Assembly (NCBI GenBank): GCA_021778035.1
Contig: JAJYCY010000007.1
Span: 1 to 60,525, forward strand
Length of the DNA: 60,525 nucleotides
Direction: 5' to 3'
Source of the DNA: Pseudomonadota bacterium
GTDB taxonomy: Bacteria > Pseudomonadota > Gammaproteobacteria > Acidiferrobacterales > UBA6901
Positions 37,945 through 50,392 of this stretch are shown here, piece after piece. Positions within the stretch are counted from its first letter, which is position 1. Every line of letters begins with the position of its first letter. The notes below the pieces were generated by a model. It was not told where the DNA came from. It did no database searches and saw only the letters and a list, made by a program, of their open reading frames with translations. The translations under genes and the position numbers were made by a program.

Positions 37945-38706
37945 ATGGAATCATTGACGCTGGTCGTGCTGGTGCTGGTCGTGCTGGTGCTGCTGCTCTC
38001 GGCGGTACGCATTCTGCGGGAATACGAGCGCGGAGTGATTTTCCTGCTCGGGCGGTACTGGAAAGTCAAAGGGCCAGGCATGGTGCTGGTCATTCCGATC
38101 GTGCAGCAGATGGTAAAGGTGGATCTGCGTACCATCGTGTTTGAGGTGCCGCCGCAGGACGTCATTTCGCGCGACAACGTCTCGGTGAAGGTGAGTGCGG
38201 TCGTCTATTTCCGGGTGATCGAGCCGCAGCGCGCAATCATCCAGGTCGAGGACTACTATGCCGCAACCAGCCAGCTCGCCCAGACCACCCTGCGCAGCGT
38301 GCTCGGCAAGCACGAGCTCGACGAGATGCTGGCGGAGCGCGACAAGCTCAATGTGGACATCCAGAAGATACTCGATTCCGCTACCGATGCCTGGGGTATC
38401 AAGGTGGCGAACGTCGAGATCAAGCACGTCGACATTGACGCAGTCCTGGTGCGTGCGATCTCGCAGCAGGCCGAAGCCGAGCGCCAGCGCCGCGCCAAGA
38501 TCATCAATGCCGAAGGTGAATTCCAGGCGGCGGAAAAGCTGGTGCAGGCGGCGCAGCTGATCAGCCAGAGCCCGCAGGCGCTGCAGCTGCGTTATCTGCA
38601 GACCCTGGTGACCATCGCCGGCGAAAGGACCTCGACCATTGTCTTTCCGCTGCCAGTCGACATCCTTACCACGCTGCGGGACAGTCTGCAGAAAGGGACA
38701 TCCTGA
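37945..38706 (+). CDS. SPFH/Band-7 (stomatin-like, slipin) protein
   Basis: [16 protein letters not shown]..., [18 protein letters not shown] and [23 protein letters not shown] are present. It starts 1 nt after the nfeD stop. Confidence 0.85.
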   Translation: MESLTLVVLVLVVLVLLLSAVRILREYERGVIFLLGRYWKVKGPGMVLVIPIVQQMVKVDLRTIVFEVPPQDVISRDNVSVKVSAVVYFRVIEPQRAIIQVEDYYAATSQLAQTTLRSVLGKHELDEMLAERDKLNVDIQKILDSATDAWGIKVANVEIKHVDIDAVLVRAISQQAEAERQRRAKIINAEGEFQAAEKLVQAAQLISQSPQALQLRYLQTLVTIAGERTSTIVFPLPVDILTTLRDSLQKGTS

Positions 38707-38751
38707 AACCTGCTGCGGCACGATGCCGGGCGCAAAACGCGCCAGTCTTGC

Positions 38752-40223
<1,472 letters not shown>

Positions 40224-40225
40224 GC

Positions 40226-40732
40226 TCAGCCGCCCTGCTTCTGCTGAAGCGCGCGGTCCTTTTCCAGAATCTCCGCCGCATTGGCAGCGCGTTCGTCCAC
40301 CAGTCGCTTGGCAAGGGCCGGATCGCCGGTGGCCAGAATCTGGGCCGCCAGGTAGCCGGCGTTTTTTGCGCCATGCTTGCCGATCGCCACGCAGGCCACG
40401 GGGATGCCGCCAGGCATCTGGACTGTCGAGAGCAGCGCGTCTTTGCCGTTGAGCGGCCCGCCGTCCATGGGTACCCCGATGACCGGTCTGACCGTCAGCG
40501 CCGCAACCGCTCCGGCCAGATGTGCCGCGAGCCCGGCTGCCGCGATAAATATGGCGCAGCCCCGTGCCTCGGCATCTTTCACGTAGGCGCGGGTGGCGTC
40601 CGGCGTCCGGTGTGCCGAGGTGATCTTCATTTCGTACCGCACCCCGAGTTTTTTCAGGACGGCGGCGGTAATCTCCATCGTTGGCAAGTCGGAATCCGAG
40701 CCCATCAGTACCGCTACAAAGGGTGTTGCCAT
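40226..40732 (-). CDS. purE: N5-carboxyaminoimidazole ribonucleotide mutase
   Basis: [30 protein letters not shown] and PVIGVP are present. Confidence 0.9.
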   Translation of the reverse strand: MATPFVAVLMGSDSDLPTMEITAAVLKKLGVRYEMKITSAHRTPDATRAYVKDAEARGCAIFIAAAGLAAHLAGAVAALTVRPVIGVPMDGGPLNGKDALLSTVQMPGGIPVACVAIGKHGAKNAGYLAAQILATGDPALAKRLVDERAANAAEILEKDRALQQKQGG

Positions 40733-40843
40733 CGATGCTTTCTCCGGTTGCTGGCGATGCGGGGATTATACCGTCAAACACCGATTCCGGCGGCCCGGTT
40801 CCGCAACCGGGCGCAGGGACACAAACCCGCGGGATGGGGGCAA

Positions 40844-42124
40844 CTACAGTTTGCGGGCGATCGCGCGATAGCCGATGTCAGTCCGGTACTGAACGCCTTC
40901 CCAGCGGATCTGCCGCGCCAGCTGATAGGCGCGCTTCTGCGCCTCGGACACGGTGTCCCCGAGCGCGGTTGCACACAGCACCCGTCCGCCATGGGTCAGC
41001 ACCTGTCCCTCCGAAAGTACCGTGCCGGCGTGAAATACTTTCTGGTCCGGGCCGGATTCCGCGTCCAGGCCGAGAATCACGTCGCCCTTGCGGTAGGCCT
41101 CCGGGTAGCCCGCGGCAGCCATAACAACGCCCAGCGCTACCCGTGAATCCCAGAGCGCTTCAGCCTGGTCCAGCCGGCCATCGAGGGCCGCCTCCACCAG
41201 ATCAAGCAGATCCGACCGCAGGCGCATCATGATCGGCTGTGTCTCCGGGTCACCAAAGCGGCAGTTGAATTCCAGCACCCGGGGCGTTTCGTCGGCGCCA
41301 ATCATCAGGCCGGCGTAGAGAAATCCGGTATAGGGGCTGCCCTCGGCAGCCATCCCGCGCACGGTCGGCCAGATCACCTCGTCCAGAACCCGATCATGAA
41401 TTCGCGGTGTCACGACCGGTGCCGGTGAATAGGCGCCCATGCCTCCTGTGTTCGGCCCCTGGTCGTGATCCCGCAGGCGCTTGTGGTCCTGCGACGTTGC
41501 CAGTGCAAGCACGTGGCTGCCATCCACCATCACGATGAAGCTTGCTTCCTCCCCGGTCAGGAACTCCTCGATCACTACCCGCTGTCCGGCATCGCCAAAA
41601 CCACCGCCAAGCATGGCGCGGACGGCGGCCAGTGCCTCCTCGATTGTCTGCGCCACAACCACTCCCTTGCCGGCCGCCAGGCCATCTGCCTTCACAACGA
41701 TGGGAGCACCGATCTTTCTTATATACGCTTCCGCTTCCGCCGTCCGCGTGAAACTGCCGTAGCGCGCCGTCGGAATGTGATGACGGGCAAGAAACTCCTT
41801 GGCGAACACTTTCGAGCCTTCCAGCTGTGCCGCCGTGCGGCTCGGACCAAAACAGCGCAGCCCGGCCTCACGGAACCGGTCCACGATGCCGAGTACAAGC
41901 GGCGCTTCGGGGCCGACCAGGGTAAGTCCGACCCCGGAAGCACGCGCAAAGCGCAGGAGTCCATCAACATCGTTTGCCTCCAGCGCCACGTTTTCGCACC
42001 CGGGCTCGCGCGCGGTGCCGGCGTTTCCTGGCGCCACGTACACTTTCTCAGCACGGGGTGACTGCGCCGCCTTCCAGGCGAGCGCGTGCTCGCGGCCGCC
42101 GCCGCCTACGACCAGAACCTTCAT
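40844..42124 (-). CDS. purD: Phosphoribosylamine--glycine ligase
   Basis: [18 protein letters not shown]..., an ATP-grasp core and the C-terminal [11 protein letters not shown] are present. Confidence 0.9.
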   Translation of the reverse strand: MKVLVVGGGGREHALAWKAAQSPRAEKVYVAPGNAGTAREPGCENVALEANDVDGLLRFARASGVGLTLVGPEAPLVLGIVDRFREAGLRCFGPSRTAAQLEGSKVFAKEFLARHHIPTARYGSFTRTAEAEAYIRKIGAPIVVKADGLAAGKGVVVAQTIEEALAAVRAMLGGGFGDAGQRVVIEEFLTGEEASFIVMVDGSHVLALATSQDHKRLRDHDQGPNTGGMGAYSPAPVVTPRIHDRVLDEVIWPTVRGMAAEGSPYTGFLYAGLMIGADETPRVLEFNCRFGDPETQPIMMRLRSDLLDLVEAALDGRLDQAEALWDSRVALGVVMAAAGYPEAYRKGDVILGLDAESGPDQKVFHAGTVLSEGQVLTHGGRVLCATALGDTVSEAQKRAYQLARQIRWEGVQYRTDIGYRAIARKL

Positions 42125-42552
42125 GGTTGTCTGTCCAAACCGAGCGAAAAATGATGGGCAATGATGTGCATGCCGTGCTTCAGATAGAAGCGGTGGGCAT
42201 CGAATCTCTGGACGCCGGAATCCAGATGCAGTTCGGCACAGCCCTCGGCGGTAGCGTGCCGAATGAGCCAGCCGAACAGCTGTCCGCCGTAGCCTCGGGC
42301 CTGGTGTCGAACGTCAGTGACCAGATCGTCCACGTACATCCGCTTTCCGTGCGACAGTGTTCCGCCAATCCGGAAACCGGCGACCGACATGATATTCCCT
42401 CCGTCCTCCAGACACGCGAGCCGGTAACCGTCCGGATGCTGCTGCCGGATGCGGCGGACAAACTCTTCCTCGGACAGCGCCGTGCGCAGCTGCACCATGA
42501 CCGGAAAGCAGCGGCGGATTTCGGCATCGGCGGTGACCAAAGCGATTTCCAT
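42121..42552 (-). CDS. GNAT-family N-acetyltransferase
   Basis: The 143-aa ORF carries the acetyl-CoA binding motif [12 protein letters not shown] (Q/RxxGxG/A). Its stop overlaps the purD start (ATGA). Confidence 0.65.
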   Translation of the reverse strand: MEIALVTADAEIRRCFPVMVQLRTALSEEEFVRRIRQQHPDGYRLACLEDGGNIMSVAGFRIGGTLSHGKRMYVDDLVTDVRHQARGYGGQLFGWLIRHATAEGCAELHLDSGVQRFDAHRFYLKHGMHIIAHHFSLGLDRQP

Positions 42553-42590
42553 TTCAGGCTCGGCGGCGAAGTTTTGTCGGTCAGCGAGGT

Positions 42591-44162
42591 TCAGTGCCGG
42601 AAATGGCGTATGCCGGTAAACACCATGGCGATGTCATGCTGGTCGGCAGCTTCGATCACTTCCGCATCCCGCACCGAGCCGCCCGGCTGAATCACCGCAG
42701 TGACGCCGGCCTCTGCTGCCTGGTCCAGACCGTCCCGGAACGGAAAAAACGCGTCCGACGCCATGACCGAGCCGCGGACCTCGAGGCCGGCATCTGCCGC
42801 CTTGATCGAGGCAATGCGTGCGCTGTACACGCGGCTCATCTGCCCTGCCCCCACCCCCACGGTCCGGCCGGCCTTGGCGTAGACGATGGCGTTGGACTTT
42901 ACGAAGCGAACGACCTCCCAGGCAAACAGGAGATCATCGAGTTCGGTGGCAGCCGGCGCGCGCCGCGTGACGACCTTGAGGGTCGACCGGTCGAGTCTTG
43001 CGATATCGCGGTCCTGCACCAGCAGTCCACCGGTTACGCGCCTGAAGTCGAGTCCGGGCACCGGTCCGTTCTTCCATTCTCCCGACTCGAGAACGCGCAC
43101 GTTCTGCTTGGACGCGAGCACCGTGCGCGCCTCCTTCATCACGGACGGAGCCACGATGACCTCGACAAACTGGCGTTCCACGATTGCGCGTGCCGTCGCT
43201 GCATCCAGCGCGCGGTTGAACGCAATGATGCCGCCAAAAGCAGATGTCGGGTCGGTGATGTAGGCGTGCTGGTAGGCATCGAGCAGTGTGTCGGCCACGG
43301 CAACCCCGCACGGATTGGCGTGTTTGACGATGACGCACGCGGGGTCGGAAAACGACTTCACGCACTCGAGCGCGGCGTCGGTATCAGCGATGTTATTGAA
43401 CGAAAGCTCCTTGCCCTGCAGCTGGGTGGCTGTTGCGACGCAGGCAGCCTCCGGCGCGTACTCGCGGTAGAACGCCGCCTGCTGGTGCGGATTTTCTCCG
43501 TAGCGCATGTCCTGGACCTTGATGAACTGCGAGCTGAAGGTTTGCGGGAAGCGCAAATGTCCGCCGTCAGGCGCAATCGCCCCGAGATAGTTCGCAATCG
43601 CCCCGTCGTAGCGTGCCGTATGCTCGAAGGCCTTCGCTGCCAGGGCGAATCGCGTCGCCCCCGACACCGTGCCGCCCGCAGCCTCCATTTCCGCACGCAC
43701 CCGGGCAAAATCGGCGGCGTCCACCACCACCGTGACAGCAGAATAGTTTTTTGCCGCTGCGCGCAGCAGCGTCGGCCCGCCGATGTCGACGTTCTCGATC
43801 GCCATGTCGAGCGTGCAGTCCGTGCGCGCCACGGTCCGTTCGAACGGATAGAGATTGACGACCACAAGATCGATAGGGAGGATGTGGTGCTCTTCCATGG
43901 CCTGCAGATGGCCCGGCAGATCGCGCCGGCCGAGCACACCGCCATGGATTCGCGGATGCAGGGTCTTCAGCCGCCCATCCAGCATTTCCGGAAAGCCGGT
44001 ATAGTCGGACACTTCGGTAACGCGCACGCCGCTGTCGGAAAGCAGCTTCGCTGTTCCGCCGGTCGAAATGATTTCAACGCCGCGGGACCCGAGAAAGCGG
44101 GCGAATTCGACAATGCCCGTTTTGTCGGAAACACTGATCAGTGCGCGTTTGATGTTCGACAT
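42591..44162 (-). CDS. purH: Bifunctional AICAR transformylase / IMP cyclohydrolase
   Basis: [21 protein letters not shown]..., GGTAKLL, RLKTLHP.IHGG and the C-terminal FTGIRHFRH are present. Confidence 0.95.
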   Translation of the reverse strand: MSNIKRALISVSDKTGIVEFARFLGSRGVEIISTGGTAKLLSDSGVRVTEVSDYTGFPEMLDGRLKTLHPRIHGGVLGRRDLPGHLQAMEEHHILPIDLVVVNLYPFERTVARTDCTLDMAIENVDIGGPTLLRAAAKNYSAVTVVVDAADFARVRAEMEAAGGTVSGATRFALAAKAFEHTARYDGAIANYLGAIAPDGGHLRFPQTFSSQFIKVQDMRYGENPHQQAAFYREYAPEAACVATATQLQGKELSFNNIADTDAALECVKSFSDPACVIVKHANPCGVAVADTLLDAYQHAYITDPTSAFGGIIAFNRALDAATARAIVERQFVEVIVAPSVMKEARTVLASKQNVRVLESGEWKNGPVPGLDFRRVTGGLLVQDRDIARLDRSTLKVVTRRAPAATELDDLLFAWEVVRFVKSNAIVYAKAGRTVGVGAGQMSRVYSARIASIKAADAGLEVRGSVMASDAFFPFRDGLDQAAEAGVTAVIQPGGSVRDAEVIEAADQHDIAMVFTGIRHFRH

Positions 44163-44279
44163 GCTGCCTCTTGGCCGGTTGATTGAAATACGGTCACCGC
44201 GGGGTCCGGACGCCAAACGCAGCACGGCAGGATGAGGTACTGCCGGGCGCGTTCCGGAATTCCCGGCGTCAGATGATGG

Positions 44280-44525
44280 TCACTCCAGCCCGTGCAGTTT
44301 GAGTTTCTTGCGCAGCGTATTGCGGTTGATGCCCAGCATCCGGGCCGCCTTGCACTGGTTGCTTTGCGCGTGATGCATGACCGCTTCCAGCAGCGGCAGC
44401 TCGATTTCACTGATGACCATTGCATAAAGGCTGCCGGGCTTCTCGCCGTCCAGCTCGTGAAAATACCGCTCCAGGGCGGCGCGCACGCAGGACGCGAGCG
44501 GGCCCTTGCGGTGAGACGTCTTCAT
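44280..44525 (-). CDS. fis: DNA-binding protein Fis
   Basis: The C-terminal HTH QSNQCKAARMLGINRNTLRKKLKLHGL is present. Its start overlaps the dusB stop, matching the conserved dusB-fis operon. Confidence 0.9.
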   Translation of the reverse strand: MKTSHRKGPLASCVRAALERYFHELDGEKPGSLYAMVISEIELPLLEAVMHHAQSNQCKAARMLGINRNTLRKKLKLHGLE

Positions 44526-45517
44526 GCCGCGATCTCCGCCGGTTTGCCGGCGGCGGCCTGCCGCGCAAAAAACTCCTCGACCATGTCCGTCTGCTCCGCC
44601 ACCGTTTCCGCCTGATTGATGGCGTGGCGGAAGATGCTTCCCCCAACGAAGCCCTTGCTGTACCAGGAAATGTGCTTGCGCGCGATGCGCACGCCCAGAT
44701 GCTCTCCGTAGAATCGGTAGAGTTCGGCAAGGTGGCCCAGCAGGATGGACCGGATCTCTGTTGGCCCCGGGTCGGGAAGCAGCGTGCCCGTACGCAGAAA
44801 GTGTGCGATCTCGCGAAAAATCCAGGGCCGCCCCTGGGCGGCACGCCCGATCATGATGCCGTCGGCGCCGGTGCGATCCAGTACCGCCTTTGCCTTCTGC
44901 GGTGAGTCGATGTCGCCATTGGCGATGACCGGAATGCGTACCGCAGCCTTGATCGCCGCTATGGTGTCGTATTCGACCTCGCCCTGGTAGGCGTCGGCGC
45001 GCGTGCGTCCATGCACGGCCAGTGCGCGTACTCCAGCTGCTTCGGCAATCCTGGCGATCGTCACGCCATTGCGGTGATCACGGTCCCAGCCGGTGCGGAT
45101 CTTGAGGGTGACGGGAATTGCCACGCTGCCCACCACCGCGTCAAGAATGCGGCCGACCAGCGGCTCGTCGCGCAGCAGGGCGGATCCTGCCTGGACATTG
45201 CACACCTTCTTGGCCGGGCATCCCATATTGATATCGATGATCTGGGCGCCACGGTCCATGTTGTGGCGCGCGGCTTCCGCCATCATCGCCGGGTCGGCAC
45301 CGGCGAGCTGCACCGATCTCGGTTCCGGCTCGCCGTCATGGTTTGCGCGCCTCAGCGTTTTCTCGCTGCCCCACAGAAGAGAATTGGAAGAAACCATTTC
45401 TGACACAGCCATGCCGGCTCCAAGCCTGCGGCAGAGCTGGCGGAACGGGCGGTCCGTAACCCCGGCCATGGGCGCAACGACAAGATTGTTCGCTAGCGTG
45501 TAGGGGCCTAGTTGCAT
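44522..45517 (-). CDS. dusB: tRNA-dihydrouridine synthase B
   Basis: VAPMAGVTDRPFR, IDINMGCPAKKV and HGRTRA motifs are present. Confidence 0.9.
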   Translation of the reverse strand: MQLGPYTLANNLVVAPMAGVTDRPFRQLCRRLGAGMAVSEMVSSNSLLWGSEKTLRRANHDGEPEPRSVQLAGADPAMMAEAARHNMDRGAQIIDINMGCPAKKVCNVQAGSALLRDEPLVGRILDAVVGSVAIPVTLKIRTGWDRDHRNGVTIARIAEAAGVRALAVHGRTRADAYQGEVEYDTIAAIKAAVRIPVIANGDIDSPQKAKAVLDRTGADGIMIGRAAQGRPWIFREIAHFLRTGTLLPDPGPTEIRSILLGHLAELYRFYGEHLGVRIARKHISWYSKGFVGGSIFRHAINQAETVAEQTDMVEEFFARQAAAGKPAEIAA

Positions 45518-45648
45518 CGAGGTCTTTTTCGGATTGCAAGGGGAAAGGGCGGCATGATACTCACAAAATACGGGTACAGGGAAGAGGTGGAATCCGGTGC
45601 CAAAGACGGTTCCGGTGTTTCACCCGGCTCTGCGGTACTCGCAGGGCT

Positions 45649-46395
45649 TTACTGCTTCTGGCGGGCGGCAAACAGCCGGATTTCGTACCCGACTGCGCGT
45701 TTTCCCGGATTGAGGACATCGAACGAGACCGTAACCGCGATGTCCGGCAACATGCCGGCACGAGACCGTGCCGCACCCAGGTATTCCTGTGGGTGGAACA
45801 CGCGCCGCGCGATCACTTTGCCGGCGGCACCGCTGAAGGTGACTTCAAGCAGAGGGAAGGGCTGCGTCGTGGTGGCGCGGTTGACCAGAGTCGCCGAAAT
45901 GCGCAATGCGTTCGGGACCCTGGGGCGTACGGCGATCTGGGCGTGTTCCAAATCAATCAGACCGACATCGGCGGTTGTAAACCGGGGCAGTCCGAGCCAG
46001 TTCCTGGTGTATGCCACGATCCGGCCGGCCGGGGGGTACCCTTGCACCAGCGTCTGCCCGTAGAAATACAGCACCTGCGCACCAAGAAGAAGTACCAGCA
46101 GCAGGTTGCCAAGAACCCAGAATGGTGTGCGTGTCCGCGGCCGGCGGACCTGGCCCAGAAGCGGAAATGCCAGGGATGTTTCTGCTGCAGCCGATTCCGG
46201 CGGCGGATAAGCGGCCGCGGCCTTTCCGGCCGTCTCATCGCCGCTTCCGGTTTCCGCGGGCAGTTCCTGGAGCAGCGTGTCACCGCTCTGGAATACGTTG
46301 AGACACCGGCCGCACCGTACCAGGCCGTTGCGCGCCCGATACTCGGTCTCGGAAAGGCTGAAGACGGTATGGCACCGGGGGCAGCGGGTGTACAT
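45649..46395 (-). CDS. Zinc-ribbon (MJ0042-type) plus DUF3426-like membrane protein
   Basis: MYTRCPRCHTVFSLSETEYRARNGLVRCGRCLNVF has CxxC...CxxC. One TM helix (FWVLGNLLLVLLLGAQVLYF) and a beta-rich C-terminal domain follow. Confidence 0.6.
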   Translation of the reverse strand: MYTRCPRCHTVFSLSETEYRARNGLVRCGRCLNVFQSGDTLLQELPAETGSGDETAGKAAAAYPPPESAAAETSLAFPLLGQVRRPRTRTPFWVLGNLLLVLLLGAQVLYFYGQTLVQGYPPAGRIVAYTRNWLGLPRFTTADVGLIDLEHAQIAVRPRVPNALRISATLVNRATTTQPFPLLEVTFSGAAGKVIARRVFHPQEYLGAARSRAGMLPDIAVTVSFDVLNPGKRAVGYEIRLFAARQKQ

Positions 46396-46416
46396 GGCCT
46401 GATCGGGGCCGCGCAT

Positions 46417-47310
46417 TCAGCAGTCCCGCGGAAATTTCCGGCAGACCAGCATGGCCCAGCCGTCGCGGACCCGCGCCTCGATGTCAAAATAGCGGGCGTA
46501 GTGCTGCTCGATTTCGCGCACCTGTCCCGACAGCATTCCGGAAAGCAGCAAAATGCCGCCGGCCCGCGTCAGGCCGCGGAGCCGCGGTGCGAGTTCGACC
46601 AGGGGGTCCGCCAGGATATTGGCCACGACGATGTCGGCATCGATGTCCGGAGGGAGCGAACCGGGATCCGCAATGCGGATCCTGTCGAGCACGGCATTGC
46701 GTTGCGCGTTCTCGCGGGTGACCGACAGTGCGCCGCCATCGATATCGACCGCCCAGGCGCTGCGGGCACCGAGCTTGAGTGCAGCGATTGCAAGAATGCC
46801 GGAGCCGCAGCCGAAATCGAGGACATCCATCTGTGCCCGTGTGCCGGCCGCGAGCCATTCGAGGCACAGCGCGGTCGTGGCATGCGTGCCGGTTCCGAAG
46901 GCCAGTCCGGGATCGAGGGTGACGACTACGGCGGGAGCCGGTGGCGGTTCAAGCCAGCTGGGGGAAACCCAAAGGTTGATCCCGAACCGCATGGCGGTAA
47001 AGCGGTCCATCCATGCCCGTTCCCAGTCCTGGTCCGGCAGGCTGTCTGATTCCCAGGCCGGTGGAGCGTCCAATCCGAGCAGCGCCGCCACTTCAGCGAC
47101 AAACCGCGAGGGTTCCATGTCCTCGGGAAGCAGCGCGCTCAGGCAGGTATGGGCCCATAGGCGCGGTTCCTCGGTGCCCGGGCCGGCGAAGAGGGGCTGG
47201 TCGCCCGCATCTTCCAGCGTCACTGCCAGCGCACCGCACTGCTCCAGGGCATCGCTGACGTTTTCCGCCTGCCCGCAGTCAGCCCTCAGGTGTACGCGCA
47301 GCCAGGACAT
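46417..47310 (-). CDS. prmA: Ribosomal protein L11 methyltransferase
   Basis: MSWLRVHL...NVSDALEQCGALAVTLED aligns with the E. coli PrmA N-terminus. LDPGLAFGTGTHATT and DFGCGSGILAIAALKLGA are present. Confidence 0.9.
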   Translation of the reverse strand: MSWLRVHLRADCGQAENVSDALEQCGALAVTLEDAGDQPLFAGPGTEEPRLWAHTCLSALLPEDMEPSRFVAEVAALLGLDAPPAWESDSLPDQDWERAWMDRFTAMRFGINLWVSPSWLEPPPAPAVVVTLDPGLAFGTGTHATTALCLEWLAAGTRAQMDVLDFGCGSGILAIAALKLGARSAWAVDIDGGALSVTRENAQRNAVLDRIRIADPGSLPPDIDADIVVANILADPLVELAPRLRGLTRAGGILLLSGMLSGQVREIEQHYARYFDIEARVRDGWAMLVCRKFPRDC

Positions 47311-47425
47311 GGGTGCTCTCGCCACGGGATCATTCTGTCAGCGCTGCTGGCGACGTCTGCCATGCATCACCCCTTACCGTCCCTGCCCGTCTGCGGTGCC
47401 ACGAAGGCAGGCCGGAGCCTCTGCA

Positions 47426-48766
47426 TCAGAGCCCGAGCTTCTTTTCGAGATAGTGAATGTTGACTCCGCCAGCCCGGAAGGCGGCATCGTTCATGATGTC
47501 CTGATGCAGGGAAATGTTTGTCCGGATTCCATCAATGACCATCTCGCTCAGCGCGATGCGCATCCTGGCCATGGCGATGGCCCGGTCGGGTCCGTACGCG
47601 ATAAGCTTGCCGATCATTGAATCATAATACGGCGGGACCATGTAGTTGTTGTAGACATGCGAGTCCACGCGGATCCCCGGACCGCCCGGCTGGTGGAACT
47701 GGGTGATGCGTCCCGGCGACGGCATGAAGGTTCGCGGATCCTCGGCGTTGATGCGGCATTCAATGGCATGGCCCTGCCAGACAATGTCCTTCTGGCGATA
47801 GGACAGGCGTTCGCCGGAGGCAATCAGAATCTGCTCGCGGACAATATCGACCCCCGTTACCATTTCTGTGACAGGATGTTCCACCTGCACGCGGGTGTTC
47901 ATTTCAATGAAATAGAATTCGCCGTTTTCATACAGGAACTCGAAGGTCCCGGCGCCGCGATATCCGATCTTGCGGCAGGCATCTGCACAGCGCTCGCCCA
48001 TGCGCTGGCGTACCCGGTCGGAAATGCCGGGTGCCGGGCTTTCCTCCACGACTTTCTGGTGGCGCCGCTGCATGGAGCAGTCGCGTTCGCCGAGATGGAT
48101 GGCGTTTCCGTGTTCGTCCGCCAGCACCTGGAACTCCACGTGACGGGGGGTTTCCAGGTACTTTTCCATGTAGACGACGTCATTGTTAAACGCCGCCTTG
48201 GCTTCGGCGCGAGTGAGCGATATGGCATTGCGCAGCGCCGCTTCGCTGTGGACCACCCGCATCCCCTTGCCGCCGCCACCGCCGGTGGCCTTGATGAGGA
48301 CGGGGTAGCCGATCTCCATGGCCAGTCTGAGATTTTCGTCATCATCGGCCGGCAGCGGTCCGTCGGAACCCGGTACACAGGGTACCCCTGCCTTTTTCAT
48401 GGCACGTATGGCGGAAATCTTGTCACCCATCAGGCGGATAGTTTCGGCACGTGGGCCGATGAAGATGAATCCGCTCTGCTCTACCCGCTCCGCGAAATCC
48501 GCGTTTTCGGACAGGAAGCCGTATCCGGGATGGATTGCGACCGCATCGGTTACCTCGGCCGCGCTGATGACGGCGGGAATGTTCAGGTAGCTGTCGCGGG
48601 CCTGCGGCGGACCGATGCATACCGATTCGTCGGCAAGCTTGACGTATTTCGCATCCCGGTCGGCCTCGGAGTGCAGCGCGACGGTGCGGATTCCCAGCGC
48701 GCGGCACGCACGCTGGATGCGCAGTGCGATTTCGCCACGGTTGGCTATGACCACTTTCTCGATCAT
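47426..48766 (-). CDS. accC: Acetyl-CoA carboxylase biotin carboxylase subunit
   Basis: [17 protein letters not shown]..., GGGGKGMR and [14 protein letters not shown] are present. Confidence 0.95.
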   Translation of the reverse strand: MIEKVVIANRGEIALRIQRACRALGIRTVALHSEADRDAKYVKLADESVCIGPPQARDSYLNIPAVISAAEVTDAVAIHPGYGFLSENADFAERVEQSGFIFIGPRAETIRLMGDKISAIRAMKKAGVPCVPGSDGPLPADDDENLRLAMEIGYPVLIKATGGGGGKGMRVVHSEAALRNAISLTRAEAKAAFNNDVVYMEKYLETPRHVEFQVLADEHGNAIHLGERDCSMQRRHQKVVEESPAPGISDRVRQRMGERCADACRKIGYRGAGTFEFLYENGEFYFIEMNTRVQVEHPVTEMVTGVDIVREQILIASGERLSYRQKDIVWQGHAIECRINAEDPRTFMPSPGRITQFHQPGGPGIRVDSHVYNNYMVPPYYDSMIGKLIAYGPDRAIAMARMRIALSEMVIDGIRTNISLHQDIMNDAAFRAGGVNIHYLEKKLGL

Positions 48767-48790
48767 GGAATGGCCGGATTGATGGGAGTG

Positions 48791-49234
48791 TTATTCAATG
48801 ACAAACAGCGGTTCGCCATATTCCACAGGCTGGCCATTTTCCTTGAGGATGGCTTTCACAGTTCCAGCCTTGTCGGCCTCAATGGGATTGAGCATCTTCA
48901 TTGCCTCGATGATGCACAGCGTATCGCCGACCTTGACCTGGTTGCCGATTTCCACGAACGGCGCGGCATTGGGCGAGGGGGAGCGGTAAAAGCTGCCCAC
49001 CATCGGAGAGGTGACGATATGGCCCGAAGGAACCGTTGCCGCCGGTTCGGCAGCCGGCGTTGCCGCGGCGGATGCCGGCGGTGGCGCGTGCGCCGGAGCT
49101 GCAGCCATCGCCACTGGCGCCACTGTCATCACGCGGCTCAGGCGGATGGTTTCCTCTCCCTCCCGGATTTCGATTTCCGAGAGGTTGGACTCCTCCAGCA
49201 TCTCAATGAGTTTCTTGATCTTGCGTATGTCCAC
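48791..49234 (-). CDS. accB: Biotin carboxyl carrier protein
   Basis: [23 protein letters not shown] is followed by an Ala/Pro linker and the biotinylation motif EAMKMLN. Confidence 0.95.
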   Translation of the reverse strand: MDIRKIKKLIEMLEESNLSEIEIREGEETIRLSRVMTVAPVAMAAAPAHAPPPASAAATPAAEPAATVPSGHIVTSPMVGSFYRSPSPNAAPFVEIGNQVKVGDTLCIIEAMKMLNPIEADKAGTVKAILKENGQPVEYGEPLFVIE

Positions 49235-49685
49235 AGTTCTTGTCCTGGTTTTCTAGGAAGTGGATGGCTGCCGCAAGCGCCAGTTCGTAGCCCTGGGCGC
49301 CCAGGCCGCTGATGACCCCGCGGGCGAGGTCAGAGAAGTACGAGTGATGCCGGAACGGCTCACGCGCATGAATGTTCGAAAGATGGATCTCGATGAAAGG
49401 AATTGCCGTTGCGGCGATCGCGTCTCTCAGTGCGATGCTCGTGTGGGTGAAAGCAGCCGGATTGAGCAGGATGAACGCGGTTTTCTGCGCCAGCGCCTGG
49501 TGGACACGCTGCACTAGTTCGTGCTCGGCGTTACTCTGGAAGAAACTCAGGCTGTGCCCTGTTCGCGCCACGATCGCAGCCAGTTCCCGGTTAATCGCAT
49601 CGAGACTGGCGGAGCCGTAATAGCGGGGTTCGCGCGTGCCCAGCAGATTCAGGTTCGGTCCGTTGAGTACCAGTATCTCGGCCAT
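49203..49685 (-). CDS. aroQ: Type II 3-dehydroquinate dehydratase
   Basis: [37 protein letters not shown] and [15 protein letters not shown] are present. The 3' end overlaps the accB start by 32 nt. Confidence 0.9.
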   Translation of the reverse strand: MAEILVLNGPNLNLLGTREPRYYGSASLDAINRELAAIVARTGHSLSFFQSNAEHELVQRVHQALAQKTAFILLNPAAFTHTSIALRDAIAATAIPFIEIHLSNIHAREPFRHHSYFSDLARGVISGLGAQGYELALAAAIHFLENQDKNCGHTQDQETH

Positions 49686-49852
49686 GGGTCGCTGATTCGG
49701 GGTCCGTGGGCAGATCCCGGACGGGATGCCTGGTGGACGGTCAGTGAATTGACAGGGCTCTGGATGGTACGCAGATGACGGGGAGTTGTCCAGTTTTTAA
49801 GACAAGTTACGGCAAAATCGCCGGAGTTCGGGTCCAGAAGGCCTGTCTGTCG

Positions 49853-50392
49853 TCAGGACGAAGGCGGGAAATAGGGACGCAGTACCCGTTCCAGCCGGGA
49901 TTCACTGAATGCCCCCAGCTGGCTGGCGACGATCCGTCCCTGGCGGTCGAGAACGAGGCTGTAAGGCAGGCCGCCTTCGGCGTCTCCGTATTGTTCCATG
50001 AGCTGCGCGCCTTCCTGTTCCCCCAGCAGTACAGGATAGTTCATTCCCCGTGCCTTGTAGAACGGGATGACGCGCGAAGTACGGTCGACAGCAACGCCGA
50101 TGATCTGCAGTCCGCGGGGTCCGAATTGGCGCTGTGCCTTGATGAATTCCGGAATCTCCTCCCGGCACGGCGGGCACCACGTGGCCCAGAAATTGACGAT
50201 CCGGATCTTGCCGTTCCAGTCCGCGATGCTCCGCTTCTTGCCGTGAATGTCGGGCAGGGAGAAATTGACCGGCTGGCTAACCGCCGTGAGCGGCTGCTGC
50301 GGTGATGCCACGGGATGAAAGCGCTGACCCAGCCACATTCCGGCCAGGCCGGCAAGTATGGCCGCCGCGGCCAGCATGAGAAATCTCTTCAT
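49853..50392 (-). CDS. TlpA/DsbE-family periplasmic thioredoxin
   Basis: A signal peptide is followed by FWATWCPPCREEIPEF. Its start overlaps the dsbD stop (ATGA). It is a paralogue of the gene at 7477-8037. Confidence 0.8.
   Translation of the reverse strand: MKRFLMLAAAAILAGLAGMWLGQRFHPVASPQQPLTAVSQPVNFSLPDIHGKKRSIADWNGKIRIVNFWATWCPPCREEIPEFIKAQRQFGPRGLQIIGVAVDRTSRVIPFYKARGMNYPVLLGEQEGAQLMEQYGDAEGGLPYSLVLDRQGRIVASQLGAFSESRLERVLRPYFPPSS

Noticed and set aside
40224-40781. Upstream extension of the tsaC ORF (track ORF 39672-40781, 369 aa).
   Set aside because: The extension overlaps the purE coding sequence in another frame and has no homology. YrdC/TsaC homology begins at the ATG at 40223.
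42594-44186. 530-aa plus-strand ORF.
   Set aside because: It is antisense to purH.
47657-49312. 551-aa plus-strand ORF.
   Set aside because: It is antisense to accC and accB.
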